Notes under the pieces: generated by a model
What the model saw: only the letters and a program-made list of their open reading frames with translations
Databases searched by the model: none
What the model was told of the DNA's origin: nothing
Shown here: positions 30,733 to 40,046 of the stretch, one piece after another
Position numbering within the stretch: position 1 is the stretch's first letter
Layout: every line of letters begins with the position of its first letter
NCBI RefSeq assembly: GCF_044324785.1
Contig: NZ_CP172127.1
Length of the DNA: 64,000 bases
Direction: 5' to 3' (one strand)
Source of the DNA: Escherichia coli
Lineage (GTDB): Bacteria > Pseudomonadota > Gammaproteobacteria > Enterobacterales > Enterobacteriaceae
Made by a program: the position numbers and the translations under genes

Positions 30733-30914
30733 TGACGCCTGGCACACAGCCCCGGTGACCGGATGTATATGCTGGGCGGGATGAGCGACACCGCCAGCAA
30801 CCGCATCACGTTTGAGCGCGACAGCCAGTACCGGATCACGGGTGTCAGTCACACCGACGGGATCCGGCTTAAACTGACGTACCACGCCAGCGGCTACCTG
30901 AAAGCCATTCACCG
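30733..30914 (+). pseudogene. rhs core fragment (N-proximal part of the core) truncated by an IS end
   Basis: Matches 21036-21217 of the main rhs (LAHSPGDRMYMLGGMSDTASNRITFERDSQYRITGVSHTDGIRLKLTYHASGYLKAIHR). It ends at an H-repeat left terminus. Confidence 0.8.
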
Positions 30915-31023
30915 CAGGGAAAGATCACGTAACGCTGCTTTTTTGTACTAAGCAATTCGCATTTTATGTTCAGTATTTGAGATACTCCTTATAACACAAA
31001 CCTGTTTTTCATAGCTTATATAT
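30915..31023 (+). mobile_element. Solo, diverged H-repeat/ISEc1 left-end fragment
   Basis: Starts with cagggaaagatcacgtaacgctgcttttttgtacta, like the IS left end, then diverges from the canonical copy. It is cut off by the next complete copy. Confidence 0.7.
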
Positions 31024-32315
31024 GTAGGAAAAGATCACGTAACGCTCCTTTTTTGTACTAAATAATTCGCATTTTATGTTTAAAAATTGAGATATTCCTC
31101 ATTACCTAAAGCTGTTTTTTATTGCTTACACATGATCAAATACTCCTTACATAATTAAGGATAACAAAATGTAACTTAAAAAATTGATGGAACATATTTC
31201 TATTATCCCCGATTACAGACAAGCCTGGAAAGTGGAACATAAATTATCGGATATTCTACTGTTGACTATTTGTGCCGTTATTTCGGGTGCAGAAGGTTGG
31301 GAAGATATAGAGGATTTTGGGGAAACACATCTCGATTTTTTAAAACAATATGGTGATTTTGAAAATGGTATTCCTGTTCACGATACCATTGCCAGAGTTG
31401 TATCCTGTATCAGCCCTGCAAAATTTCACGAGTGCTTTATTAACTGGATGCGAGATTGCCATACTTCAGATGATAAAGACGTCATCGCAATTGATGGAAA
31501 AACACTCCGGCATTCTTATGGCAAGAGTCGCCGCAGGGGAGCGATTCATGTCATTAGTGCGTTCTCAACAATGCACAGTCTGGTCATCGGACAGATCAGG
31601 ACGGATGAGAAATCCAATGAAATTACAGCTATCCCTGAACTTCTTAACATGCTGGATATTAAAGGAAAAATCATCACAACTGATGCAATGGGTTGCCAGA
31701 AAGATATTGCAGAGAAGATACAAAAACAGGGCGGTGATTATTTATTCGCTGTAAAAGGAAATCAGGGGCGGCTTAATAAAGCCTTTGAGGAAAAATTTCC
31801 ACTGAAAGAATTAAATAATCCAGAGCATGACAGTTACGCCATTAGTGAAAAGAGTCACGACAGAGAAGAAATCCGTCTTCATATTGTTTGCGATGTCCCT
31901 GATGAACTTATTGATTTCACGTTTGAATGGAAAGGACTGAAGAAATTATGCGTGGCAGTCTCCTTTCGGTCAATAATAGCAGAACAAAAGAAAGAGCCAG
32001 AAATGACGGTCAGATATTATATCAGTTCTGCTGATTTAACCGCAGAGAAGTTCGCCACAGCAATCCGAAACCACTGGCACGTGGAGAATAAGCTGCACTG
32101 GCGTCTGGACGTGGTAATGAATGAAGACGACTGCAAAATAAGAAGAGGAAATGCAGCAGAATTATTTTCAGGGATACGGCACATCGCTATTAATATTTTG
32201 ACGAATGATAAGGTATTCAAGGCAGGGTTAAGACGTAAGATGCGAAAAGCAGCCATGGACAGAAACTATCTCGCGTCAGTCCTTGCTGGGAGCGGGCTTT
32301 CGTAATCTTTCCCTG
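31024..32315 (+). mobile_element. ISEc1 (H-repeat, ISAs1 family), copy 2
   Basis: The left end taggaaaagatcacgtaacg has 2 mismatches to copy 1. The right end ...cgtaatctttccctg finishes at 32315. Same length class as copy 1. Confidence 0.85.
31187..32305 (+). CDS. ISAs1-family transposase, copy 2, N-terminally compromised
   Basis: The canonical start has ATG-TAA (31169-31174) where copy 1 has ATG-GAA, and the SD is AAGGAT rather than AAGGAG. The frame is otherwise intact from the internal ATG at 31187 ([15 protein letters not shown]...). Confidence 0.6.
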   Translation: MEHISIIPDYRQAWKVEHKLSDILLLTICAVISGAEGWEDIEDFGETHLDFLKQYGDFENGIPVHDTIARVVSCISPAKFHECFINWMRDCHTSDDKDVIAIDGKTLRHSYGKSRRRGAIHVISAFSTMHSLVIGQIRTDEKSNEITAIPELLNMLDIKGKIITTDAMGCQKDIAEKIQKQGGDYLFAVKGNQGRLNKAFEEKFPLKELNNPEHDSYAISEKSHDREEIRLHIVCDVPDELIDFTFEWKGLKKLCVAVSFRSIIAEQKKEPEMTVRYYISSADLTAEKFATAIRNHWHVENKLHWRLDVVMNEDDCKIRRGNAAELFSGIRHIAINILTNDKVFKAGLRRKMRKAAMDRNYLASVLAGSGLS

Positions 32316-32502
32316 CGTTAACCGCCCCTCCTTGACACCACGCTTTTGTCTACATTCTACGCAAACGGCAACTTTTATAACCAGTGTAAAAATAACGTGC
32401 CGCAATAGTCATACCTATTAATGGTAAAAAGCTGTCACAATTCATAAAAAACCTTAATATACGCCACCCTAAACATAACCAGCGTTAATGTAAGGTTTTT
32501 GT

Positions 32503-34740
32503 GTGGACTGGCTTCTTGATGTTTTTGCTACCTGGCTCTACGGCTTAAAAGTAATCGCGATAACGTTAGCGGTCATCATGTTCATCAGCGGGCTGGACGA
32601 TTTTTTTATTGATGTCGTCTACTGGGTACGCCGCATTAAACGCAAGTTGAGTGTTTATCGCCGCTACCCGCGAATGAGTTACCGCGAACTGTATAAACCA
32701 GATGAAAAACCGTTAGCGATTATGGTTCCGGCGTGGAATGAAACGGGCGTCATCGGCAATATGGCCGAGCTGGCGGCGACCACGCTCGACTATGAAAACT
32801 ATCATATCTTTGTTGGCACCTACCCCAACGACCCCGATACTCAGCGTGATGTTGACGAAGTGTGCGCTCGCTTCCCAAACGTGCATAAGGTAGTCTGCGC
32901 GCGTCCTGGCCCCACCAGCAAAGCCGACTGCCTGAACAACGTGCTGGACGCCATCACCCAGTTTGAGCGTAGCGCCAATTTCGCTTTCGCTGGTTTTATT
33001 CTGCATGACGCCGAAGACGTAATTTCACCGATGGAATTGCGTTTGTTCAACTATCTGGTCGAGCGTAAAGATCTGATTCAGATCCCGGTATACCCATTCG
33101 AACGCGAATGGACGCACTTCACCAGCATGACTTACATTGATGAGTTTTCAGAACTGCATGGCAAAGATGTTCCGGTGCGTGAAGCCCTCGCCGGACAGGT
33201 GCCCAGCGCAGGCGTCGGCACCTGTTTCAGCCGCCGCGCCGTGACCGCACTGTTAGCTGACGGTGACGGTATTGCTTTCGACGTGCAGAGTCTTACTGAA
33301 GATTACGACATTGGTTTCCGCCTGAAAGAAAAAGGTATGACGGAAATTTTTGTCCGTTTTCCGGTGGTGGACGAAGCCAAAGAACGCGAGCAGCGTAAAT
33401 TTTTACAGCACGCGCGGACGTCAAACATGATCTGCGTGCGCGAATATTTCCCTGATACCTTTTCGACTGCGGTTCGACAAAAATCTCGCTGGATCATCGG
33501 CATTGTTTTCCAGGGCTTTAAAACCCATAAATGGACCTCCAGCCTGACGCTGAACTACTTTCTCTGGCGCGACCGCAAAGGGGCAATCAGTAACTTTGTC
33601 AGCTTCCTCGCGATGCTGGTGATGATCCAGCTTTTGCTGTTACTGGCGTATGAAAGTTTGTGGCCCGATGCCTGGCATTTCCTTTCTATTTTCAGCGGCA
33701 GCGCATGGTTAATGACCCTGCTGTGGCTAAACTTTGGTTTGATGGTTAACCGCATCGTGCAGCGGGTGATTTTTGTCACTGGCTACTACGGTCTGACGCA
33801 GGGGCTGCTATCTGTCCTGCGTCTTTTCTGGGGCAACCTGATTAACTTCATGGCCAACTGGCGCGCGTTAAAACAGGTACTTCAACACGGCGATCCACGT
33901 CGCGTCGCGTGGGATAAAACAACGCATGACTTCCCCAGCGTGACTGGCGATACCCGCTCGTTGCGCCCGTTAGGCCAAATTCTGCTGGAAAATCAGGTCA
34001 TCACTGAAGAACAACTCGATACAGCACTGCGTAATCGCGTCGAAGGTCTACGCCTGGGCGGTTCAATGCTGATGCAGGGGCTGATTAGCGCCGAACAGCT
34101 GGCACAGGCGCTGGCAGAGCAAAACGGCGTGGCGTGGGAGTCGATCGACGCCTGGCAGATCCCTTCATCACTGATTGCCGAAATGCCGGCCTCCGTGGCG
34201 CTGCATTATGCAGTGCTGCCGCTGCGTCTGGAAAATGATGAGTTAATTGTCGGCAGTGAAGATGGTATTGACCCGGTTTCGCTGGCGGCCCTGACGCGTA
34301 AAGTCGGACGCAAAGTGCGTTACGTCATTGTTCTGCGCGGACAAATTGTCACGGGGTTACGTCACTGGTATGCACGCCGACGCGGTCACGATCCGCGGGC
34401 AATGTTGTACAATGCGGTTCAGCATCAGTGGCTCACGGAACAGCAGGCCGGTGAAATCTGGCGGCAATATGTGCCGCATCAGTTCCTGTTCGCCGAAATA
34501 CTGACCACGCTCGGTCATATTAATCGTTCAGCAATTAACGTGTTGTTATTGCGCCATGAACGCAGTTCTCTGCCGCTCGGCAAGTTTTTGGTCACCGAAG
34601 GCGTTATCAGCCAGGAAACGTTGGATCGCGTCCTGACAATTCAACGCGAATTACAAGTTTCGATGCAATCACTATTACTCAAAGCAGGTTTAAACACAGA
34701 ACAGGTTGCGCAACTGGAGTCCGAAAATGAAGGAGAATAA
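32503..34740 (+). CDS. nfrB: NfrB, inner-membrane family-2 glycosyltransferase (phage N4 adsorption; c-di-GMP-controlled exopolysaccharide synthase)
   Basis: 745 codons from a GTG, MDWLLDVFATWLYGLKVIAITLAV.... GT2 motifs are present (HDAED, RQKSRW), with a long C-terminal cytoplasmic region. Recognisable as K-12 NfrB. Confidence 0.94.
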   Translation: MDWLLDVFATWLYGLKVIAITLAVIMFISGLDDFFIDVVYWVRRIKRKLSVYRRYPRMSYRELYKPDEKPLAIMVPAWNETGVIGNMAELAATTLDYENYHIFVGTYPNDPDTQRDVDEVCARFPNVHKVVCARPGPTSKADCLNNVLDAITQFERSANFAFAGFILHDAEDVISPMELRLFNYLVERKDLIQIPVYPFEREWTHFTSMTYIDEFSELHGKDVPVREALAGQVPSAGVGTCFSRRAVTALLADGDGIAFDVQSLTEDYDIGFRLKEKGMTEIFVRFPVVDEAKEREQRKFLQHARTSNMICVREYFPDTFSTAVRQKSRWIIGIVFQGFKTHKWTSSLTLNYFLWRDRKGAISNFVSFLAMLVMIQLLLLLAYESLWPDAWHFLSIFSGSAWLMTLLWLNFGLMVNRIVQRVIFVTGYYGLTQGLLSVLRLFWGNLINFMANWRALKQVLQHGDPRRVAWDKTTHDFPSVTGDTRSLRPLGQILLENQVITEEQLDTALRNRVEGLRLGGSMLMQGLISAEQLAQALAEQNGVAWESIDAWQIPSSLIAEMPASVALHYAVLPLRLENDELIVGSEDGIDPVSLAALTRKVGRKVRYVIVLRGQIVTGLRHWYARRRGHDPRAMLYNAVQHQWLTEQQAGEIWRQYVPHQFLFAEILTTLGHINRSAINVLLLRHERSSLPLGKFLVTEGVISQETLDRVLTIQRELQVSMQSLLLKAGLNTEQVAQLESENEGE

Positions 34741-37699
34741 CCTTAATCGCGTCATCGGATGGTCTGGTTTACTGCTGACGTCTTTATTGAGTACCAGCGC
34801 ACTCGCAGACAATATCGACACCAGCGCAGAAGAGCTGGGGCTGAGCGATTATCGCCATTTTGTTATTTATCCCCGTCTCGATAAGGCGCTGAAGGCACAG
34901 AAAAATAACGACGAAGCAACCGCCATCCGCGAATTTGAATATATACACCAGCAGGTGCCGGATAATATTCCGCTGACTTTATACCTTGCGGAAGCCTATC
35001 GCCATTTTGGTCATGATGCCCGGGCGCGGCTGTTGCTTGAGGATCAACTGAAACGTCATCCAGGAGATGCCCGACTTGAGCGCAGTCTGGCGGCTATTCC
35101 AGTTGAAGTGAAAAGCGTTACGACTGTTGAAGAACTGCTTGCCCAGCAAAAATCGTGCGACGCTGCGCCGACCCTGCGTTGTCGCAGTGAAGTCGGGCAG
35201 AATGCCCTGCGGCTGGCACAATTACCTGTCGCCAGAGCGCAACTGAACGATGCGACGTTTGCTGCATCGCCGGAAGGAAAAACGCTGCGAACCGATCTGC
35301 TGCAACGCGCAATCTACCTGAAACAATGGTCCCAGGCAGATACGCTATACAATGAAGCACGCCAGCAGAACACATTAAGCGCGGCAGAACGCCGTCAGTG
35401 GTTTGACGTGCTTCTTGCCGGGCAGCTGGACGATCGGATCCTGGCGCTGCAATCACAGGGGATCTTCACCGATCCGCAGTCATATATTACTTACGCGACC
35501 GCGCTGGCTTATCGTGGCGAAAAAGCACGCCTCCAGCGTTATCTCATTGAAAATAAGCCGCTGTTTACCACGGACGTACAAGAGAAAAGTTGGCTCTATC
35601 TGTTATCTAAATACAGCGTCAACCCCGTTCAGGCGTTGGCGAATTATACGGTACAGTTTGCCGATAACCGCCAGTATGTTGTTGGCGCGACGCTACCGGT
35701 GCTGTTAAAAGAAGGTCAGTACGACGCAGCGCAAAAACTGCTCGCCACCCTCCCCGCCAATGAAATGCTTGAGGAGCGTTATACCGTTAGCGTAGCGACC
35801 CATAACAAGGCTGAAGCTCTGCGTCTGGCACGATTGCTGTATCAGCAAGAACCGGCAAATCTTACCCGCCTGGATCAACTGACCTGGCAACTGATGCAGA
35901 ACGAGCAGTCACGCGAAGCTGCCGATTTATTGCTGCAACGCTATCCTTTCCAGGGCGATGCGCGTGTCAGCCAGACTTTAATGGCGCGACTGGCGTCTCT
36001 GCTGGAAAGTCATCCTTACCTGGCAACTCCGGCGAAAGTGGCAATTTTATCGAAACCCTTACCGCTGGCAGAGCAACGTCAGTGGCAAAGTCAGTTGCCG
36101 GGTATTGCAGATAATTGCCCGGCAATAGTTCGCTTGCTGGGCGATATGTCGCCTTCCTACGATGCCGCCGCCTGGAACCGTCTGGCAAAGTGTTATCGGG
36201 ACACGCTACCCGGTGTGGCGTTGTATGCATGGCTTCAGGCCGAACAACGACAACCGAACGCCTGGCAACATCGTGCGGTAGCCTATCAGGCGTATCAGGT
36301 TGAAGACTACGCCACCGCACTGGCGGCCTGGCAGAAAATCAGTCTTCACGACATGAGCAATGAGGATCTGCTTGCTGCTGCCAATACCGCCCAGGCGGCA
36401 GGAAATGGTGCGGCTCGCGATCGCTGGCTTCAGCAGGCAGAACAACGTGGGCTGGGAAACAATGCCCTCTACTGGTGGCTGCATGCGCAACGTTACATTC
36501 CTGGTCAGCCGGAACTCGCACTGAACGATCTCACGCGCTCAATCAATATTGCGCCTTCTGCCAACGCTTACGTTGCGCGGGCGACAATTTATCGCCAACG
36601 TCATAATGTCCCGGCGGCGGTGAGTGATTTGCGCGCCGCTCTGGAACTGGAACCGAATAATAGCAACACCCAGGCAGCGCTTGGTTACGCCTTGTGGGAT
36701 AGCGGTGATATCGCACAGTCGCGGGAAATGCTCGAACAGGCGCATAAAGGGCTACCGGACGATCCGGCACTTATCCGACAACTGGCCTACGTGAACCAGC
36801 GTCTGGATGACATGCCTGCGACGCAGCACTACGCCCGGCTGGTGATTGATGACATTGATAATCAGGCGCTGATAACCCCACTGACCCCAGAGCAAAATCA
36901 GCAACGCTTCAATTTCCGCCGTCTGCATGAGGAGGTCGGTCGCCGCTGGACGTTCAGTTTCGATTCTTCTATCGGCTTGCGTTCCGGCGCAATGAGTACC
37001 GCTAACAATAATGTCGGCGGCGCAGCACCAGGGAAAAGCTATCGTAGCTACGGGCAACTGGAAGCCGAGTACCGCATCGGACGCAATATGCTGCTGGAAG
37101 GCGACCTGCTCTCGGTTTACAGCCGCGTATTTGCCGATACCGGAGAAAACGGGGTGATGATGCCGGTGAAAAATCCGATGTCCGGCACCGGTCTGCGCTG
37201 GAAGCCGCTGCGCGATCAGATCTTTTTCCTCGCCGTCGAACAGCAGTTGCCGCTGAACGGGCAAAATGGCGCATCCGATACCATGCTGCGCGCCAGCGCC
37301 TCATTCTTTAATGGCGGCAAATACAGCGACGAATGGCACCCGAACGGTTCAGGCTGGTTTGCCCAAAACCTGTACCTCGATGCGGCGCAATATGTCCGCC
37401 AGGATATTCAGGCGTGGACGGCAGACTATCGCGTAAGCTGGCATCAGAAGGTGGCGAACGGACAGACTATTGAGCCTTACGCTCACGTTCAGGACAACGG
37501 TTATCGTGATAAAGGCACTCAGGGCGCGCAGCTTGGCGGTGTCGGGGTCCGCTGGAATATCTGGACCGGCGAGACGCACTACGACGCCTGGCCGCACAAA
37601 GTCAGTCTCGGCATCGAATATCAACATACCTTTAAGGCGATTAATCAACGTAACGGAGAGCGCAACAACGCGTTTCTCACCATCGGAGTGCACTGGTAA
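34727..37699 (+). CDS. nfrA: NfrA, outer-membrane TPR/beta-barrel protein (phage N4 receptor system)
   Basis: The ATG at 34727 overlaps the nfrB stop. MKENNLNRVIGWSGLLLTSLLSTSALA signal peptide, 990 aa, ends ...FLTIGVHW. Confidence 0.94.
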   Translation: MKENNLNRVIGWSGLLLTSLLSTSALADNIDTSAEELGLSDYRHFVIYPRLDKALKAQKNNDEATAIREFEYIHQQVPDNIPLTLYLAEAYRHFGHDARARLLLEDQLKRHPGDARLERSLAAIPVEVKSVTTVEELLAQQKSCDAAPTLRCRSEVGQNALRLAQLPVARAQLNDATFAASPEGKTLRTDLLQRAIYLKQWSQADTLYNEARQQNTLSAAERRQWFDVLLAGQLDDRILALQSQGIFTDPQSYITYATALAYRGEKARLQRYLIENKPLFTTDVQEKSWLYLLSKYSVNPVQALANYTVQFADNRQYVVGATLPVLLKEGQYDAAQKLLATLPANEMLEERYTVSVATHNKAEALRLARLLYQQEPANLTRLDQLTWQLMQNEQSREAADLLLQRYPFQGDARVSQTLMARLASLLESHPYLATPAKVAILSKPLPLAEQRQWQSQLPGIADNCPAIVRLLGDMSPSYDAAAWNRLAKCYRDTLPGVALYAWLQAEQRQPNAWQHRAVAYQAYQVEDYATALAAWQKISLHDMSNEDLLAAANTAQAAGNGAARDRWLQQAEQRGLGNNALYWWLHAQRYIPGQPELALNDLTRSINIAPSANAYVARATIYRQRHNVPAAVSDLRAALELEPNNSNTQAALGYALWDSGDIAQSREMLEQAHKGLPDDPALIRQLAYVNQRLDDMPATQHYARLVIDDIDNQALITPLTPEQNQQRFNFRRLHEEVGRRWTFSFDSSIGLRSGAMSTANNNVGGAAPGKSYRSYGQLEAEYRIGRNMLLEGDLLSVYSRVFADTGENGVMMPVKNPMSGTGLRWKPLRDQIFFLAVEQQLPLNGQNGASDTMLRASASFFNGGKYSDEWHPNGSGWFAQNLYLDAAQYVRQDIQAWTADYRVSWHQKVANGQTIEPYAHVQDNGYRDKGTQGAQLGGVGVRWNIWTGETHYDAWPHKVSLGIEYQHTFKAINQRNGERNNAFLTIGVHW

Positions 37700-38590
37700 A
37701 TGCGTAAGTTCATTTTCGTATTGCTGACACTGCTTTTGGTCAGCCCTTTTTCCTTTGCGATGAAAGGTATTATCTGGCAACCACAAAACCGTGATAGTCA
37801 GGTTACCGATACCCAGTGGCAGGGGCTGATGAGTCAGTTACGTTTGCAAGGCTTCGATACCCTGGTTTTGCAATGGACCCGTTACGGCGATGCATTCACC
37901 CAGCCAGAACAGCGCGCGTTATTGTTTAAGCGTGCCGCAGCTGCGCAACAGGCTGGCCTGAAGCTGATTGTCGGGCTGAACGCCGATCCGGAATTTTTTA
38001 TACACCAGAAACAGTCATCCGCGGCGCTGGAAAGCTATCTTAATCGCCTGCTGGCTGCCGATCTCCAGCAAGCCAGATTATGGAGCGCCGCGCCTGGCGT
38101 AACGCCGGATGGCTGGTACATCAGCGCGGAAATTGACGACCTGAACTGGCGTAGCGAAGCCGCCCGTCAGCCTTTGCTAACATGGTTAAACAACGCGCAG
38201 CGGCTGATTAGCGATGTTTCAGCAAAACCGGTTTATATCAGTAGTTTTTTCGCCGGAAACATGTCGCCCGATGGCTATCGCCAACTGCTGGAACACGTTA
38301 AAGCAACCGGCGTTAATGTCTGGGTACAGGATGGCAGCGGCGTGGATAAACTTACTGCTGAACAGCGTGAACGTTATCTACAGGCCAGCGCCGATTGCCA
38401 AAGCTCCGCCCCAGCAAGCGGCATTGTTTATGAACTGTTTGTCGCCGGCAAAGGCAAAACCTTTACAGCGAAACCGAAACCGGATGCAGAGATCGCCTCG
38501 CTGTTAGCGAAACGTTCCTCTTGCGGTAAAGACACGCTCTATTTCTCTCTGCGCTATTTGCCCGTCGCACACGGCATTCTCGAGTATTAA
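37700..38590 (+). CDS. ybcH: YbcH, exported protein co-transcribed with nfrBA
   Basis: 296 aa with a signal peptide (MRKFIFVLLTLLLVSPFSFA). The ATG directly abuts the nfrA TAA. Confidence 0.9.
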   Translation: MRKFIFVLLTLLLVSPFSFAMKGIIWQPQNRDSQVTDTQWQGLMSQLRLQGFDTLVLQWTRYGDAFTQPEQRALLFKRAAAAQQAGLKLIVGLNADPEFFIHQKQSSAALESYLNRLLAADLQQARLWSAAPGVTPDGWYISAEIDDLNWRSEAARQPLLTWLNNAQRLISDVSAKPVYISSFFAGNMSPDGYRQLLEHVKATGVNVWVQDGSGVDKLTAEQRERYLQASADCQSSAPASGIVYELFVAGKGKTFTAKPKPDAEIASLLAKRSSCGKDTLYFSLRYLPVAHGILEY

Positions 38591-38772
38591 ATCCCTTCCA
38601 GGTAAGTCGGGTACGACCTGACTTACCACTTTCGCTCTCGTCAGAATTCCATCAAGATTAATTGCTAAAAAGCATGCTAAAGAAAGAAGATCGTTATCGG
38701 CGAACGGGCCGATCACTCATGCAGGAAGCATAGATCCTTTGAGCGGAGTTTCTGATATCTGAGGAGTGCGAA

Positions 38773-39534
38773 ATGCAATTGAGCAGCAGTGAACCTTGCG
38801 TGGTGATCCTGACCGAAAAAGAGGTAGAGGTAAGCGTTAATAACCATGCCACGTTTACCCTTCCGAAAAATTACCTGGCCGCCTTCGCGTGCAACAATAA
38901 CGTCATTGAACTCTCAACGTTAAATCACGTATTAATCACCCACATCAACCGCAACATCATCAACGATTATCTGTTGTTTTTAAATAAGAACTTAACCTGT
39001 GTAAAGCCCTGGTCGCGGCTGGCTACCCCGGTTATCGCTTGTCATAGCCGTACACCGGAAGTGTTCCGGCTAGCCGCCAACCACAGCAAGCAGCAACCCA
39101 GCAAACCCTGCGAAGCGGAGTTGACGCGCGCATTGCTTTTTACCGTATTGTCTAACTTTCTTGAGCAATCGCGGTTTATTGCCCTACTGATGTATATCTT
39201 ACGCAGCAGCGTCCGCGACAGCGTCTGCCGCATTATTCAAAGCGATATTCAGCATTACTGGAATCTGCGAATTGTCGCCAGTTCGCTATGTTTAAGCCCC
39301 AGCCTGCTCAAAAAGAAATTAAAAAACGAAAATACCAGCTATAGCCAGATTGTCACAGAGTGTCGTATGCGTTACGCCGTACAGATGTTATTGATGGATA
39401 ACAAAAATATCACTCAGGTAGCGCAATTATGTGGCTATAGCAGCACGTCGTACTTTATCTCTGTTTTTAAGGCGTTTTACGGCCTGACACCGTTGAATTA
39501 TCTCGCCAAACAGCGACAAAAAGTGATGTGGTGA
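38773..39534 (+). CDS. envY: AraC-family porin thermoregulator EnvY
   Basis: 253 aa with a C-terminal AraC HTH (...GYSSTSYFISVFKAFYGLTPLNY...). K-12 position between ybcH and pauD/ompT. Confidence 0.9.
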   Translation: MQLSSSEPCVVILTEKEVEVSVNNHATFTLPKNYLAAFACNNNVIELSTLNHVLITHINRNIINDYLLFLNKNLTCVKPWSRLATPVIACHSRTPEVFRLAANHSKQQPSKPCEAELTRALLFTVLSNFLEQSRFIALLMYILRSSVRDSVCRIIQSDIQHYWNLRIVASSLCLSPSLLKKKLKNENTSYSQIVTECRMRYAVQMLLMDNKNITQVAQLCGYSSTSYFISVFKAFYGLTPLNYLAKQRQKVMW

Positions 39535-39579
39535 AGGGCAAAGCGGAAACGGATAAGACGGGCATAAATGAAGAAGAAA

Positions 39580-39624
39580 TGGCGCGCCCTGCAGGATTCG
39601 AACCTGCGGCCCACGACTTAGAAG
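39580..39624 (-). pseudogene. pauD: argU-derived pseudo-tRNA fragment (prophage attachment-site remnant)
   Basis: The reverse complement cttctaagtcgtgggccgcaggttcgaatcctgcagggcgcgcca equals the anticodon loop through the CCA end of tRNA-Arg(UCU) argU as I recall it. The 5' half of the tRNA is absent. Confidence 0.85.
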
Positions 39625-40046
39625 TTCCTAGAACGACATTTTAAGTCAACAACTTACCGCGCCATCTCTGCGCTCACACGTCCCACTACCTCAAAACATG
39701 TAAAGCCTTGCAAGCCATTGTGAGGCCTTATGTGTCTCAGTTTTGTCCCTCTTTTTTGTACCAAAAAACATAGCAATTGAGGATAAACCTCATGCTATTT
39801 TCGCTTATATGCCTCTAAAGGCATGGCGCTTAAATAGATAAAAACACCACAAAAGCATAAAAAACCACACAGTAAAACCGCAACATAAAACAATAACAGA
39901 TAATTAAACCAAAAACAGATAGCGCATTGTGATAATCATTCAATACTAAACAAAATATAAACAGTGGAGCAATATGTAATTGACTCATTAAGTTAGATAT
40001 AAAAAATACATATTCAATCATTAAAACGATTGAATGGAGAACTTTT

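Larger units (their letters stand above)
16309..32315. other. Accessory T6SS vgrG-eag-rhs effector island with an orphan toxin/immunity array and two ISEc1 copies
   Basis: cusS and nfrB are adjacent in K-12 as I recall; here ~16 kb separates them. Composition is strongly mosaic: an AT-rich leader, a GC-rich rhs core, and AT-rich CT/immunity modules. The right edge coincides with an IS end. Confidence 0.85.

Noticed and set aside
30915-31140. Closely spaced direct repeats (gaaagatcacgtaacgct...ttttgtactaa...attcgcattttatgtt) that could superficially suggest a repeat array or CRISPR.
   Set aside because: There are only two copies, each is an ISEc1/H-repeat left terminus, and there is no spacer-repeat periodicity. 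No CRISPR array exists anywhere in the window.
16309-32315. Looked for T6SS core components (hcp, tssA-M, clpV) or a transcriptional regulator within the island.
   Set aside because: None is present. All ORFs of meaningful length are accounted for by vgrG, eag, rhs, immunity candidates and IS transposases.
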